Source of the DNA: a virus | Lineage: Duplodnaviria; Heunggongvirae; Uroviricota; Caudoviricetes | IMG/VR virus record: IMGVR_UViG_2734482786_000001 | Span: 1-25,360 of that record | Strand: one strand, 5' to 3' | DNA length: 25,360 bases | In this document: piece after piece, positions 1-8,529 of the stretch | Layout: every line of letters begins with the position of its first letter | How positions within the stretch are numbered: position 1 is the first letter of the stretch | Notes under the pieces: generated by a model | Seen by the model: only the letters and a program-made list of their open reading frames with translations | The model's database searches: none | What the model was told of the DNA's origin: nothing | Translations under genes and position numbers: made by a program

Positions 1-1063
1 CTTCTCCCAAACCAAGGTATGTGAGAAGACCAGCTACATCCTTTCCACTCAAATTAGTCAGCGTATTGTCCAGCGGTTGTTTACCTGCCAGCGCATTAAG
101 CATTGTCGTGGCAAAGTTCGGATCATTCCCCAGTGCCGCCGCCAGTTCGTTCAGTGTATCCAGTGCCGCAGGTGCAGAACCCACCATTCCTGCAATCGCC
201 GATTTCACAAAAGCCGTAGTGGCAATCTGTGTATTATTGACCGACTGCGCCGCCGTAGGGGCTGTTGGCGTTCCGGTGAGTGCCGGACTCGACAGCGGCG
301 CTTTCAGTGCCAGCGCATTGTTAATGGTGGTACTGAATTTCGGATCATTGTTAATGGCTACGGCTATTTCTTTCAGCGTGTCCAGCGTGGCTGGCGCACC
401 ATTAATAAGAGCCGTCAGTGCCGCCTGAACAAACGCGGTGGTCGCAACCTGCGTGGTGTTATTCCCCGCCGCTGGCGTTGGCGCTTTGGGGGTTCCGGTA
501 AACGTCGGACTTTCTTTGGGCGCATACTGTGAATGCGGGTCCGGTGCGGCAAGATGTTTTGCCATCAGGTCATCCACGTACACCTTCAGCTCCAGTGCCT
601 TGTCATCCACATACTTGCGGGTTGCCAGCACTACGGCAGGGTCGATTTTCAGGGTGATATTGTCCGTGCTGCTGGTAATCAACACCATACGCACGGTCTG
701 GGTACGCCCGCTGCCTTCAGCCAGTTGCGGCTTATAGCTTTCCGGGCAGTTGCCCACGGCAATCAATGCCCCGGACTCATCAAACAGGCCCACTTCACGT
801 ATCCACCAACCGCCCTCGTTTTCAGGGATCACCTGTTCAGCAATAATCTGGCTGCTGTTCTGCGGGTCGATGTACAGCATATTCAGCGCAGCCCGGCGTT
901 TCTCATTTACTAATGCTGTCTGCTTTGCGTCCGGCGTTGGCAATGTTCCGCCGCCATCGCCTACCGCCATATGGGTAATTTTTAAAGGCACACCGAGCGC
1001 GGCGGCGCTGGCAAGTTTCGCCGCACCAATATCCGTCAGCAGGGTATAAAATTTTGTGCTCAT
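1..1063 (-). CDS. H: Tail fibre protein (gpH-like), N-terminal part; gene continues beyond window start
   Basis: Minus-strand ATG at 1063..1061 overlaps the stop of gene I; no in-frame stop before position 1. Manual translation gives a gpH-like N-terminus; no complete ORF in the track because the stop lies outside the window. Confidence 0.75.
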   Translation of the reverse strand, partial: MSTKFYTLLTDIGAAKLASAAALGVPLKITHMAVGDGGGTLPTPDAKQTALVNEKRRAALNMLYIDPQNSSQIIAEQVIPENEGGWWIREVGLFDESGALIAVGNCPESYKPQLAEGSGRTQTVRMVLITSSTDNITLKIDPAVVLATRKYVDDKALELKVYVDDLMAKHLAAPDPHSQYAPKESPTFTGTPKAPTPAAGNNTTQVATTAFVQAALTALINGAPATLDTLKEIAVAINNDPKFSTTINNALALKAPLSSPALTGTPTAPTAAQSVNNTQIATTAFVKSAIAGMVGSAPAALDTLNELAAALGNDPNFATTMLNALAGKQPLDNTLTNLSGKDVAGLLTYLGLGE

Positions 1064-1665
1064 GGATTCACTCTCATTGTGTCAATAACATGGACCGCCC
1101 CGCCTTCATGCGCGGTGCCACCGGAAATAATTGTTTCGTTGATATACGGATAGATCGTGATTTCTTCGCCAATATAGCTGGCGGCTCCCACCCAATGCGG
1201 GCCGCTGGTCTGCAGATTGATGGACATGCCGATCATGTGACGGCTACATGGCTTGGCATCGCTTATCAGTCGCTCAAGTTCCAGATAGGTATCTTCAGTG
1301 ATGCCCTGGTCCTGCACGCCGATATCTAGGCGAAACGTGCCCGGTGCCTCTCCGGTCTGCCACCACTCAATAATGCGGATCAGAAAGCCGAACGGCTCCA
1401 CCACCCGCCGCACGGCACTGGTGGTCCCTTTATGCTGATGAATATAAAAAGCATCCTTCACCACCTGGCGCTTGACGCTTTCTGTCCAGCCCTCGTCCCA
1501 GCGATCCACAGAGAACGCCCAGGCGAGATAAGGCAGGAAACTGACCGGACAGGTTGCCGGATTCCACAAGTCACGCAGCGGCACCTGCAGATCAGAAATC
1601 CCGCTGCAGGTTTGCGCCAGTCGTCGCTCCAGTGAAGTTGAACCCGGTGGCAGCAGACTATTCAT
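1060..1665 (-). CDS. I: Baseplate assembly protein gpI
   Basis: 201-aa ORF with ATG start; contains the conserved segment 'RDLWNPATCP...LPYLAWAFSVDRWDEGW' recalled from P2 gpI; sits between J and H. Confidence 0.8.
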   Translation of the reverse strand: MNSLLPPGSTSLERRLAQTCSGISDLQVPLRDLWNPATCPVSFLPYLAWAFSVDRWDEGWTESVKRQVVKDAFYIHQHKGTTSAVRRVVEPFGFLIRIIEWWQTGEAPGTFRLDIGVQDQGITEDTYLELERLISDAKPCSRHMIGMSINLQTSGPHWVGAASYIGEEITIYPYINETIISGGTAHEGGAVHVIDTMRVNP

Positions 1666-2566
1666 CCGTTCCTCCGTTGGTCACGCTCCACTGCGTACAT
1701 GATGCCGCCTGTGTTTTGTTCAGGACCACATCCGCCAGAGGAGAAGCCAGCTCCACACGCTGCACACCCTCAACATGCAGGGCGGCAAAGATGGCGCTAC
1801 GGCGAATATCCCGACCAAGACGCGTCTGACTGGCAATGTACCTCTGCAGGCTGGCTTTTGCCGCTGCCATTACCGGCTCTGCTTCCGGTCCCGGATAGAG
1901 AAAAATGGTGGCTTCCACGCGGTACGGGATGATTTCCGCGCTGCGAACCGTAAGACGGTCAGCCACCGGGCGGACGTTCTCACTGTTCAGAGCTTTTTCC
2001 ACCACGTCCAGCAGGTCTTTTTCTGCAGTTCCATCGCCTTCGCGGCTAAGGACAGTCAGCACCACCTCTGCAGGTGCCGGGCTGGTTGCACTGGCATCCG
2101 CCACCCGACCGTCGGCGCTTCGGGCATGAAATTCATAAGCTGCAGTTGGCCCCGCAACTGAAAGCCCTTCAAAGGCTGCAGGCACACGCAGGCGTAACGC
2201 TTCATCGCTTTCCATCACAGCTGCAACGGGCGGCACAGCGTCATTATCAGCAGGCGTCACCGTCAGGCGTTTCACGTTGTAGTTGGCAGCGAGCTGGTCA
2301 AGATCGCTGCCCGGCGCGTAAGCCACCATCACAGCCTGCGCGGCTTCGTTAATGCGCTGGCGCAGAAGCAACTCACGGTAAGCGTTCTCCTGCAGCAATT
2401 TGGTGACGGGTTCAGATTCCAGTTCCAGCGTGCGGATCACTGCTTCCTGCTCATCTTTCGGATGAAGCGCCACAAATTCTGCCTTGCGTTCGGCAAGCAG
2501 CGTCTCAAAGTCCGGCACATCCACAATCTGCGGCGCAGGCAACTGCGAAAGGTCAATCACTGCCAT
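1658..2566 (-). CDS. J: Baseplate protein gpJ
   Basis: Track ORF 1658..2605; start moved to the ATG at 2566 (MAVIDLSQLPAP...), which has an AGGAG RBS upstream and gives 302 aa, the P2 gpJ size. Confidence 0.85.
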   Translation of the reverse strand: MAVIDLSQLPAPQIVDVPDFETLLAERKAEFVALHPKDEQEAVIRTLELESEPVTKLLQENAYRELLLRQRINEAAQAVMVAYAPGSDLDQLAANYNVKRLTVTPADNDAVPPVAAVMESDEALRLRVPAAFEGLSVAGPTAAYEFHARSADGRVADASATSPAPAEVVLTVLSREGDGTAEKDLLDVVEKALNSENVRPVADRLTVRSAEIIPYRVEATIFLYPGPEAEPVMAAAKASLQRYIASQTRLGRDIRRSAIFAALHVEGVQRVELASPLADVVLNKTQAASCTQWSVTNGGTDE

Positions 2567-2912
2567 TCTCTGCTCCTGTTGATACGGAAAGGGAAACAGG
2601 CACACCGTTATTACGCCGCCCGTTCAGCGCCACCACCATTGAACCGTCAAAATTGCTGTTAATAGTGATGGAATCCAGCGTCAGCCGTGGCTCCCAGCGA
2701 CTCAGTGCCACATACACAGCCGACATAACCTGCAGGCGTAACGCCGGATTTTGTGGCTGATCTATCAGTGCCGACAGCAGGGAACCATATTCCCGACGAG
2801 CAATGCGGCTACCCTGCGGCGTCAGCAGAATGTCCCGCACCGACTGGCGCAGATGGTCAATATCAGTAATGGCTTTACCGCTGGTATTGTTCATCCCGCT
2901 ATAAAGCGTCAT
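2553..2912 (-). CDS. W: Baseplate wedge protein gpW (gp25-like)
   Basis: 119-aa ORF, ATG start overlapping the V stop; size and position match P2 gpW. Confidence 0.8.
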   Translation of the reverse strand: MTLYSGMNNTSGKAITDIDHLRQSVRDILLTPQGSRIARREYGSLLSALIDQPQNPALRLQVMSAVYVALSRWEPRLTLDSITINSNFDGSMVVALNGRRNNGVPVSLSVSTGAENGSD

Positions 2913-3487
2913 ACCGGGCCTCCGGTTGTGTCGCCGCCTTTCAGGACGCCAGTATGCTGATGCGCATCAACCACGATCCCGTTAGAACTCATCGCTCCGC
3001 CGCCCTGGGTAACGCCACCATTGATCACCACTTCGCTGTTAATGCGCGTGCGGTCAGCCTCCAGTACAAACTCACTGGTTTTCATGGTGATGTTGTCAGC
3101 GGCCTCAATGACCATTGATTTGATGCCCCTGACATACCAGCGCCCGGTGGCGGGTTCGTATTCAAACCAGCCACCGTCCGGGTACTCAACCACGTTGCCG
3201 TCCTCAGAATCTGAAGGTGGCGGAAACTGGTTTGAGTAGACCGCAGGCAGGGCAAACGCGGTTTCCAGATTGCCGCCCAGACTCAGCAGCACCACCTGCT
3301 CACCTTCCGATGGTTTCCACCATGTGCGGGCATTACCCGCGCGCAGCGTCAGCCAGTTAATCCAGTTGGTTTCAAGGTCGCCCGTTTTCACCCGGCAAAG
3401 CCAGTTTTCCCGGTCCACTTCGGTGACTACACCTGTGCGGATCAGGTTGGTGATAAGGCGCATGATTTCGGTTAATTGTGCGTTCAT
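2909..3487 (-). CDS. V: Baseplate spike/hub protein gpV
   Basis: 192-aa ORF with ATG start; N-terminus (…IRTGVV.E.D…CRVKTG…) resembles P2 gpV as recalled. Confidence 0.85.
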   Translation of the reverse strand: MNAQLTEIMRLITNLIRTGVVTEVDRENWLCRVKTGDLETNWINWLTLRAGNARTWWKPSEGEQVVLLSLGGNLETAFALPAVYSNQFPPPSDSEDGNVVEYPDGGWFEYEPATGRWYVRGIKSMVIEAADNITMKTSEFVLEADRTRINSEVVINGGVTQGGGAMSSNGIVVDAHQHTGVLKGGDTTGGPV

Positions 3488-3533
3488 AGGGAAAGGTTGC
3501 CATCAGGGGAAGAAAGCCGGCAGTGCTGCAACT

Positions 3534-3551
3534 TGTATCAGCGCTGATACA
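3534..3551. promoter_or_regulatory. Candidate late-promoter activator site: perfect palindrome TGTATCAGC|GCTGATACA (TGT-N12-ACA) between S and V
   Basis: Exact 18-bp dyad matching the TGT-N12-ACA motif bound by Ogr/Delta-type zinc-finger activators at P2-family late promoters; lies in the S-V intergenic region where P2 has its V promoter. Confidence 0.4.
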
Positions 3552-3555
3552 AAGA

Positions 3556-4002
3556 TCACCCCGCCAGCCATTGCAGAATCATGTCGCGGGTCATTGCCTC
3601 AACATCATCATTTACACCCAGAAGGCGACGCTCTGCGTAACGGACCTCAGGTCCTTTGCGACTGACGCGATCACGTAAGCCGTAGTGATGAACGCGGGCA
3701 ATACGCTGCACCTTACCTTCAAACTGTACGCTGGCAGAATCGGCGCTGGCTGCAGTTTTCAGGTATTTTGTGGTGCGCAGCTTTGCAAACATCTGACGTT
3801 TGATGCGCCCCTTTTTACTGCGTGCTGTTACCCGTCGAGGTTCATAGCTGCTGCCATCAGGGTTGCGCTGCATCCTGATATTCTGCTGCTGTGTCCGGCG
3901 CAGTTCCTGCGCCAGCTGGCGCATCATGCGGCTTCTTGCGGCTGGATCCAGATTCGCCAATAATGCACTCAGCCAGTTGTCCACCTTCTGCAGTTCAGCC
4001 AC
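3556..4002 (-). CDS. S: Tail completion protein gpS
   Basis: 148-aa ORF, apparent GTG start overlapping the R stop; position and size match P2 gpS. Confidence 0.75.
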   Translation of the reverse strand: MAELQKVDNWLSALLANLDPAARSRMMRQLAQELRRTQQQNIRMQRNPDGSSYEPRRVTARSKKGRIKRQMFAKLRTTKYLKTAASADSASVQFEGKVQRIARVHHYGLRDRVSRKGPEVRYAERRLLGVNDDVEAMTRDMILQWLAG

Positions 4003-4426
4003 GTTTCACCGTCCACATTTCTTCAGGTTCATCAGGTTCCGCTACCGCTTCAACGTTCGACACACTGCCGTCAGTTCTGACCAGCACACGTTCCGTCAGT
4101 TGCAGGTTAAGGCTGATATCACAGACATCGTTGCGCAGAATATCCACCTCAAAGGTGAATAGCTTTTCCCGTAACGCCGGGTTATTGATGGCATCGGGCT
4201 GGTTATCCCGCAGCCACAATAAAACCGGGGCCATCAGCAGATTCTGGTCGCCGCTGAAATCCTCAATCACCGCGTTCAGGGTGTAACGATACTCCCACGA
4301 CATGGAGCTGGCCCCCGTGGCAACCAGCGAACCGTTATCCACAAACAGATGCAGTTTGTCCGGGTTATTGCGGACATAAGGCACCGCTTTATTGAGGGCG
4401 TGGCGCAGGGATTGTGGTTTGTTCAC
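3995..4426 (-). CDS. R: Tail completion protein gpR
   Basis: Track ORF 3995..4447 begins at TTG; the GTG at 4426 (…NKPQSLRH…) has a GGAG RBS 7 nt upstream and aligns with the P2 gpR N-terminus as recalled. Confidence 0.7.
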   Translation of the reverse strand: MNKPQSLRHALNKAVPYVRNNPDKLHLFVDNGSLVATGASSMSWEYRYTLNAVIEDFSGDQNLLMAPVLLWLRDNQPDAINNPALREKLFTFEVDILRNDVCDISLNLQLTERVLVRTDGSVSNVEAVAEPDEPEEMWTVKRG

Positions 4427-4679
4427 TGTTTCGCTCCTGACACGCAATAATCATGTCCACTTTGTCTGCACAGACCGCCCAGGCGGCCTCCGTTTCATCC
4501 AGCAATGCGTTCAGATCACCGTTAGTGCGCGGCGCTGCCTGCTCCAGCCGACACGGCGTCACTCGCGGACAACCACTGACGGTAAGCTGCACCTCCGGTG
4601 AGTGCCGGACGTTCCCGCAGCCGGATAATGTCAGCAGGCAAAGGAGTATCAGCCCAGCGGCGTAAATCCTCGTTCTCAC
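4389..4679 (-). CDS. lysC: LysC, Rz1-like outer-membrane lipoprotein (o-spanin), overlapping lysB in another frame
   Basis: 96-aa ORF with signal peptide and lipobox (LLTLSGC), Pro-rich C-terminus; GTG start inside lysB, as in the P2 lysB/lysC arrangement. Confidence 0.6.
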   Translation of the reverse strand: MRTRIYAAGLILLCLLTLSGCGNVRHSPEVQLTVSGCPRVTPCRLEQAAPRTNGDLNALLDETEAAWAVCADKVDMIIACQERNSEQTTIPAPRPQ

Positions 4680-4950
4680 GTTTCAGTTCCTCCATCCGGC
4701 GTTGTCGTTGTCTCAGCAGTGCGCTGGTCTGTTCTGCTTCGGCGTAGAGCCGCGCCTGCTCCCGGTTGTTGGTTTCAGTCAGAATGGACAGGCTGATAAG
4801 CTGGCTGTTGCTCTTTGCCAGTGCCTGGCTTTTGCTCTGCAGCTCGTCTGCCTGCGTGCTGATGGTCTGGCTGGCATCAGCCAGCCGCCACGTCTGCCAA
4901 CCCAGCGCCGCCAGTAATAACGCCAGCATAACCAGCAGCAACCGGTTCAT
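4522..4950 (-). CDS. lysB: LysB, Rz-like inner-membrane spanin (i-spanin)
   Basis: 142 aa with N-terminal transmembrane segment (LLLVMLALLLAALGW) followed by a coiled-coil-like charged region; ATG start overlapping the lysA stop. Confidence 0.7.
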   Translation of the reverse strand: MNRLLLVMLALLLAALGWQTWRLADASQTISTQADELQSKSQALAKSNSQLISLSILTETNNREQARLYAEAEQTSALLRQRQRRMEELKRENEDLRRWADTPLPADIIRLRERPALTGGAAYRQWLSASDAVSAGAGSAAH

Positions 4951-5324
4951 GCTGCTACCTGTTGCGCCATCTGATTACGGGTGATCCAGAAGGCAATAAC
5001 GGTCAGCAGATAAAAGACCAGGGTAATAGCCCACCCCGTCCAGGCGAGACTTACGACAATCAGCAATCGCCTCACCCAGCTGATAAATACGTTTTCTTTT
5101 CGGGTAATGGTCTTCAGCAAAGATGCCCTCAACTCCTGCCAGAGCGAGCCATTCTTAATTAACGCAGCCAGTGCTACCGGAATTACCGCCCATGTCAGTA
5201 AACAGGCTACCCAAACGCCGGACGCTGCCAGTACCGGAAAAATCCCCTGCGGATACACCATTGCTGCAATTAACAGCGCCATCCATAACATCAGAAACAG
5301 CCCGCTGATTAATTTCTTTTTCAT
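4947..5324 (-). CDS. lysA: LysA-like lysis-timing membrane protein
   Basis: Multi-pass hydrophobic protein after the endolysin; start placed at MKKKLISGLF…, immediately after the K stop, rather than the longer track ORF to 5396. Confidence 0.55.
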   Translation of the reverse strand: MKKKLISGLFLMLWMALLIAAMVYPQGIFPVLAASGVWVACLLTWAVIPVALAALIKNGSLWQELRASLLKTITRKENVFISWVRRLLIVVSLAWTGWAITLVFYLLTVIAFWITRNQMAQQVAA

Positions 5325-5325
5325 T

Positions 5326-5838
5326 TCAGTTTGCTCCCTGTAAACACCAGGCCATCTCCCGCTCACGGCGGTTATCCAGCCCCTGATTAAACACACCTTT
5401 CACATAAACCCAGCGCGGCAACTGTCGGCACGCATCCGCCCAGCGCCGCTGGTTGAGCAATTTCACCAGCGTGGAACTGCAGGCATTGCCTGTCCCCACG
5501 TTGAAGGCAAACGACACCACCGAGTCATACACCTTTTGTGGCGGCTGTTGCTTCACACATCTTTCCAGCGCCCGCTCCACACGCAGCACGTTGGAGATAA
5601 GCCCTTCTGCTGCCTGTCGTTCCGTAATGGTTTTGCCGGGAATGACGCCCGACGTATTACCAATGCCGTCAGTCCATACACCCGCGCTGCACTGATACGG
5701 CTGCAGACGACAGCCTTCGTAATCGGCAATCAGTTTCAGCCCCTCCACGGAGGTGTGAAGCTGCTGAAAACCCGGCAGCGTGGCAGCAATAGCCAGCACG
5801 GCCCCTACAAGGCAGCGTTTAACGATTGATGGATTCAT
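5326..5838 (-). CDS. K: SAR-type endolysin (lysozyme, phage 21 R-like)
   Basis: 170 aa; N-terminal hydrophobic signal-anchor-release segment (CLVGAVLAIAATLPG); E-8x-D-5x-T lysozyme motif region and C-terminal similarity to recalled R21 (…LLRKINQ…RRWTYAGG…REIERE…CLWG). Confidence 0.85.
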   Translation of the reverse strand: MNPSIVKRCLVGAVLAIAATLPGFQQLHTSVEGLKLIADYEGCRLQPYQCSAGVWTDGIGNTSGVIPGKTITERQAAEGLISNVLRVERALERCVKQQPPQKVYDSVVSFAFNVGTGNACSSTLVKLLNQRRWADACRQLPRWVYVKGVFNQGLDNRREREMAWCLQGAN

Positions 5839-6034
5839 AGTCCTCCCGCGAGATCTGCCCGTCGCGCAGAAGCTGGTAGGCTTTGTGTTTGTAGTACCAG
5901 TTGATAGCCAGCATCAGCACACCAATCATCAGGCCGCCCAGCGTTGAGGCATCCTTGATGGACAAATCGCCCAGCCAGGCCAGCACAACGGCGATGCAGT
6001 ACGTGATAAAGGCGCTGATTCGCTCAAGCGTCAT
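5819..6034 (-). CDS. Y: Holin (two-TMD, pinholin-like)
   Basis: 71 aa with two hydrophobic helices and a charged C-terminus; directly upstream of and overlapping the SAR endolysin. Confidence 0.7.
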   Translation of the reverse strand: MTLERISAFITYCIAVVLAWLGDLSIKDASTLGGLMIGVLMLAINWYYKHKAYQLLRDGQISREDYESINR

Positions 6035-6037
6035 AAT

Positions 6038-6241
6038 TCAGTCCCATAGCTGGACGGTCTGCACGGTGGTGGTAGTCGGAATGTCCGGCAGCTCCACCTG
6101 CAGCCCGTGAGGTAAAAAGGGGCCGTATTCGGCAAGCCCCGGATTTGCCTTCAGTACCTGCTCCGTGACACCCTGCGTGCGCCCGTAATGACGCCAGCAA
6201 AGCGCGTCCACCGTGTCATACTGATGCGCACGCACTTTCAT
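6038..6241 (-). CDS. X: Tail protein gpX
   Basis: 67 aa, the same size and position as P2 gpX; start overlaps the L stop (ATGA). Confidence 0.7.
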   Translation of the reverse strand: MKVRAHQYDTVDALCWRHYGRTQGVTEQVLKANPGLAEYGPFLPHGLQVELPDIPTTTTVQTVQLWD

Positions 6242-6705
6242 CAGATAAGCTCCACTGTGCAGTGCGGCGCGTCCTGTACCCGGCTGATGGCCCAGCGGGC
6301 GTCACGCCATAAATCACCGCTGGCTTCCGCCAGTTCCTCGCCCCGCTTCACACCGGATGCCGTGGCGTCATAGTCCTGGTAACGTTCGTTGAGCATGGCG
6401 CGTGCCCAGCAGTAAACCGCGTTGAAATAGTGCTGAATGCGCTCACTTTTGCCGTCCAGCTGTTCCGCCGGAACCTCTGCCAGCGAGGCATACCCCAGCA
6501 TCTGCTGGCGTCTGCGAAACTCATACAGCTCTGCGTTGACCTCCGAAATTGCCGACAGCGCAACCTGCTTTAAACGCGGCTGCGTCACCGTGCCGTCAGT
6601 GCGCATGACACTGCGAAACTCCGACAGGTCCACATCAGGCCAGAACGGCGTATTTCTGATGATTTCCGCCTGTTCCGGTGCCTGTTCTGGCGCAACAAAC
6701 TTCAT
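6241..6705 (-). CDS. L: Head completion/stabilisation protein gpL
   Basis: Track ORF starts at GTG 6768 with no RBS; the ATG at 6705 has AGGAGAAAG upstream. Contains …NTPFWPDVD… resembling P2 gpL. Confidence 0.75.
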   Translation of the reverse strand: MKFVAPEQAPEQAEIIRNTPFWPDVDLSEFRSVMRTDGTVTQPRLKQVALSAISEVNAELYEFRRRQQMLGYASLAEVPAEQLDGKSERIQHYFNAVYCWARAMLNERYQDYDATASGVKRGEELAEASGDLWRDARWAISRVQDAPHCTVELI

Positions 6706-6800
6706 GCTGCTTTCTCCTGAAATAGAGGGCGGTGGACGGGGTTTTGATGTGGCAGTGCCTTTCTCCACCCCGTGCCGCCCGTGCGCGGGGGCACGTTCTG

Positions 6801-7451
6801 TCAGCGGCTGTCATTGCGCAGTCTGCGCTCCAGCTGCTGTTTGTCTTTTTTCACGCCACAGCGGGGATCGAGCTGTAACGCATGGTTGAGATGATTAAGG
6901 GCAGACGCCGGATTGCTTTCACTCAGGACCGCGCCAATCGCTTTATGCAGACGCGCCCGTGACTGGTCCGGCATATCCAGACCGTCTGTCAGCTCCAGCG
7001 TCTGCAGCAACAGATCGGCATCAAAGCCGGTGGTGGCAAGCATTGCGCTCTGCGCGGCGTCTGCCATTTCCTCTGCCAGCACGGTCTGCACGTTGCGGTT
7101 ACCCAGCGGCATCACCCAGCCATGACGCAGGGCATGACGCCCGATCTCCAGCGCTCCGGCATAATCTCCGGCATCAATGCGCCACAGCATCACGTACATC
7201 AGCACGTCATCCTGTTGAGCGCCTCCGGCAGCCAGGACACCCTCTGCCCAGGCGGCGTACTTCGGCAGCAGCTCCACCTTGATTTCCGCTTTTTTGACCG
7301 TGGACTGAACGCCCTTGAGACGGCGGCGGTCTTCCGCCAGTTGCAGCAGCATCAGGTCATAGCCCGATGCGTGGCGAACACTGCCGCCCTCGCGGGCGGC
7401 CTGTTCAGCCTGAACGCGCAGGCGATGCTGCCGTGCGGGACTCAGGCTCAT
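6801..7451 (-). CDS. M: Terminase small (endonuclease) subunit gpM
   Basis: 216-aa ORF with ATG start, between N and L as in P2. Confidence 0.8.
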   Translation of the reverse strand: MSLSPARQHRLRVQAEQAAREGGSVRHASGYDLMLLQLAEDRRRLKGVQSTVKKAEIKVELLPKYAAWAEGVLAAGGAQQDDVLMYVMLWRIDAGDYAGALEIGRHALRHGWVMPLGNRNVQTVLAEEMADAAQSAMLATTGFDADLLLQTLELTDGLDMPDQSRARLHKAIGAVLSESNPASALNHLNHALQLDPRCGVKKDKQQLERRLRNDSR

Positions 7452-7454
7452 GGA

Positions 7455-8513
7455 TTACGCTCCGATTTCGGCTGCGGCGGCGCTGAAATCACCAATCTGG
7501 ATGTTTTCCACCAGTGCGGCGCAGCGGTAGTCCTCAACCACATAGGCTTCGTTAACGGATTCAAAGTTTTCAATCCGGTCACGTTTCGGGTTGTCGATAA
7601 CTGAACGGCGGCGGGTGTCTTCCTGCCAGTAGATGGACAGGTTATCCAGACGGGTGATCAGCAGCGCATTCGGCGGGAAGAACGGCGCACGCACGGCCTG
7701 CAGGCCACCCATGCGTTTCTGACTGATGATCATATCGGCAGCCAGTTTTTCACTGTTTTCCTGCTCTTTGTTGACCAGCGGGAAATACTTGTCAGACAGC
7801 AGTTCACGACCGCAAATCACCACCAGATCGTCATCGTCCTGATAGACCACGTCGATAAGCTCATTAACGGCATCCATCACCACGGCGTCCAGGTTGGCAT
7901 ATTCGCCACCTTTCCCGACTTTCACCGCACCCGGTGTGGTTTCACCGCCCGTGGTGGTGCTGCCCATGACGTGATCCGGTGCATCCTCACGGATTTTCTG
8001 CAACCAGCCTTTATTCACATCCTGCAGTAACGGGTTTTCGCTACGGTTGGAGGTTTTCGCACGCTTCACGCCGTTAAAGCCGATCATGATGCGGTCCAGT
8101 GCCTGACGTTTCACGATGGCGTCACGGATACGCACCTGAAAATCCTGAAACTTCGCCCACAGGTCCAGCTTCGCGTAGGTCAGTACCGTGTCAAAGTTGG
8201 TCTGCTCGCATTTATATTCCACATCGACCATCAGCGTCGGATCGACAGGTTCACGCTCTTTCGCGGTGGTATCAGTGGTTCCGGCAATGGTGCTGCCAAC
8301 TCCCAACCCCAGCAGCTGACCGGACTGCTCAGTCACTGGCGTGACGTTAATCAGCGTCAGGAAAGCGGCGGACTGCTGGATCTGGTCTTCCAATGTCTGC
8401 TGCACGGACGGCTCTACGGTGAACTTGCTGGACAGTTCTTCAACTGCCACACCGTTCAGACGCGCCAGTTGCTGCAGGTAAGCGTTAAAAGCAAAGCGGG
8501 TATTCTTCTTCAT
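7455..8513 (-). CDS. N: Major capsid protein gpN
   Basis: 352 aa; ATG with GGAG RBS; long collinear similarity to P2 gpN as recalled (…FNAYL…KFTVEPSV…LDLWA.FQDFQ.RIR.AI.KRQ…GFNGVKRA…VIISQKR…). Confidence 0.9.
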   Translation of the reverse strand: MKKNTRFAFNAYLQQLARLNGVAVEELSSKFTVEPSVQQTLEDQIQQSAAFLTLINVTPVTEQSGQLLGLGVGSTIAGTTDTTAKEREPVDPTLMVDVEYKCEQTNFDTVLTYAKLDLWAKFQDFQVRIRDAIVKRQALDRIMIGFNGVKRAKTSNRSENPLLQDVNKGWLQKIREDAPDHVMGSTTTGGETTPGAVKVGKGGEYANLDAVVMDAVNELIDVVYQDDDDLVVICGRELLSDKYFPLVNKEQENSEKLAADMIISQKRMGGLQAVRAPFFPPNALLITRLDNLSIYWQEDTRRRSVIDNPKRDRIENFESVNEAYVVEDYRCAALVENIQIGDFSAAAAEIGA

Positions 8514-8529
8514 CAGGTTTTGTGCTCCA

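Noticed and set aside
21-1049. Five plus-strand ORFs (21..428, 77..532, 438..737, 533..913, 750..1049)
   Set aside because: They lie antisense to the tail-fibre H coding sequence, have low-complexity Arg/Ala/Ser-rich translations typical of GC-rich antisense frames, and no RBS or homology.
1554-2352. Plus-strand ORFs overlapping baseplate genes I/J (1554..1829, 1699..1932, 1775..2161, 1905..2129, 2074..2352)
   Set aside because: Antisense to well-supported baseplate genes; Arg/Pro-rich artefactual translations.
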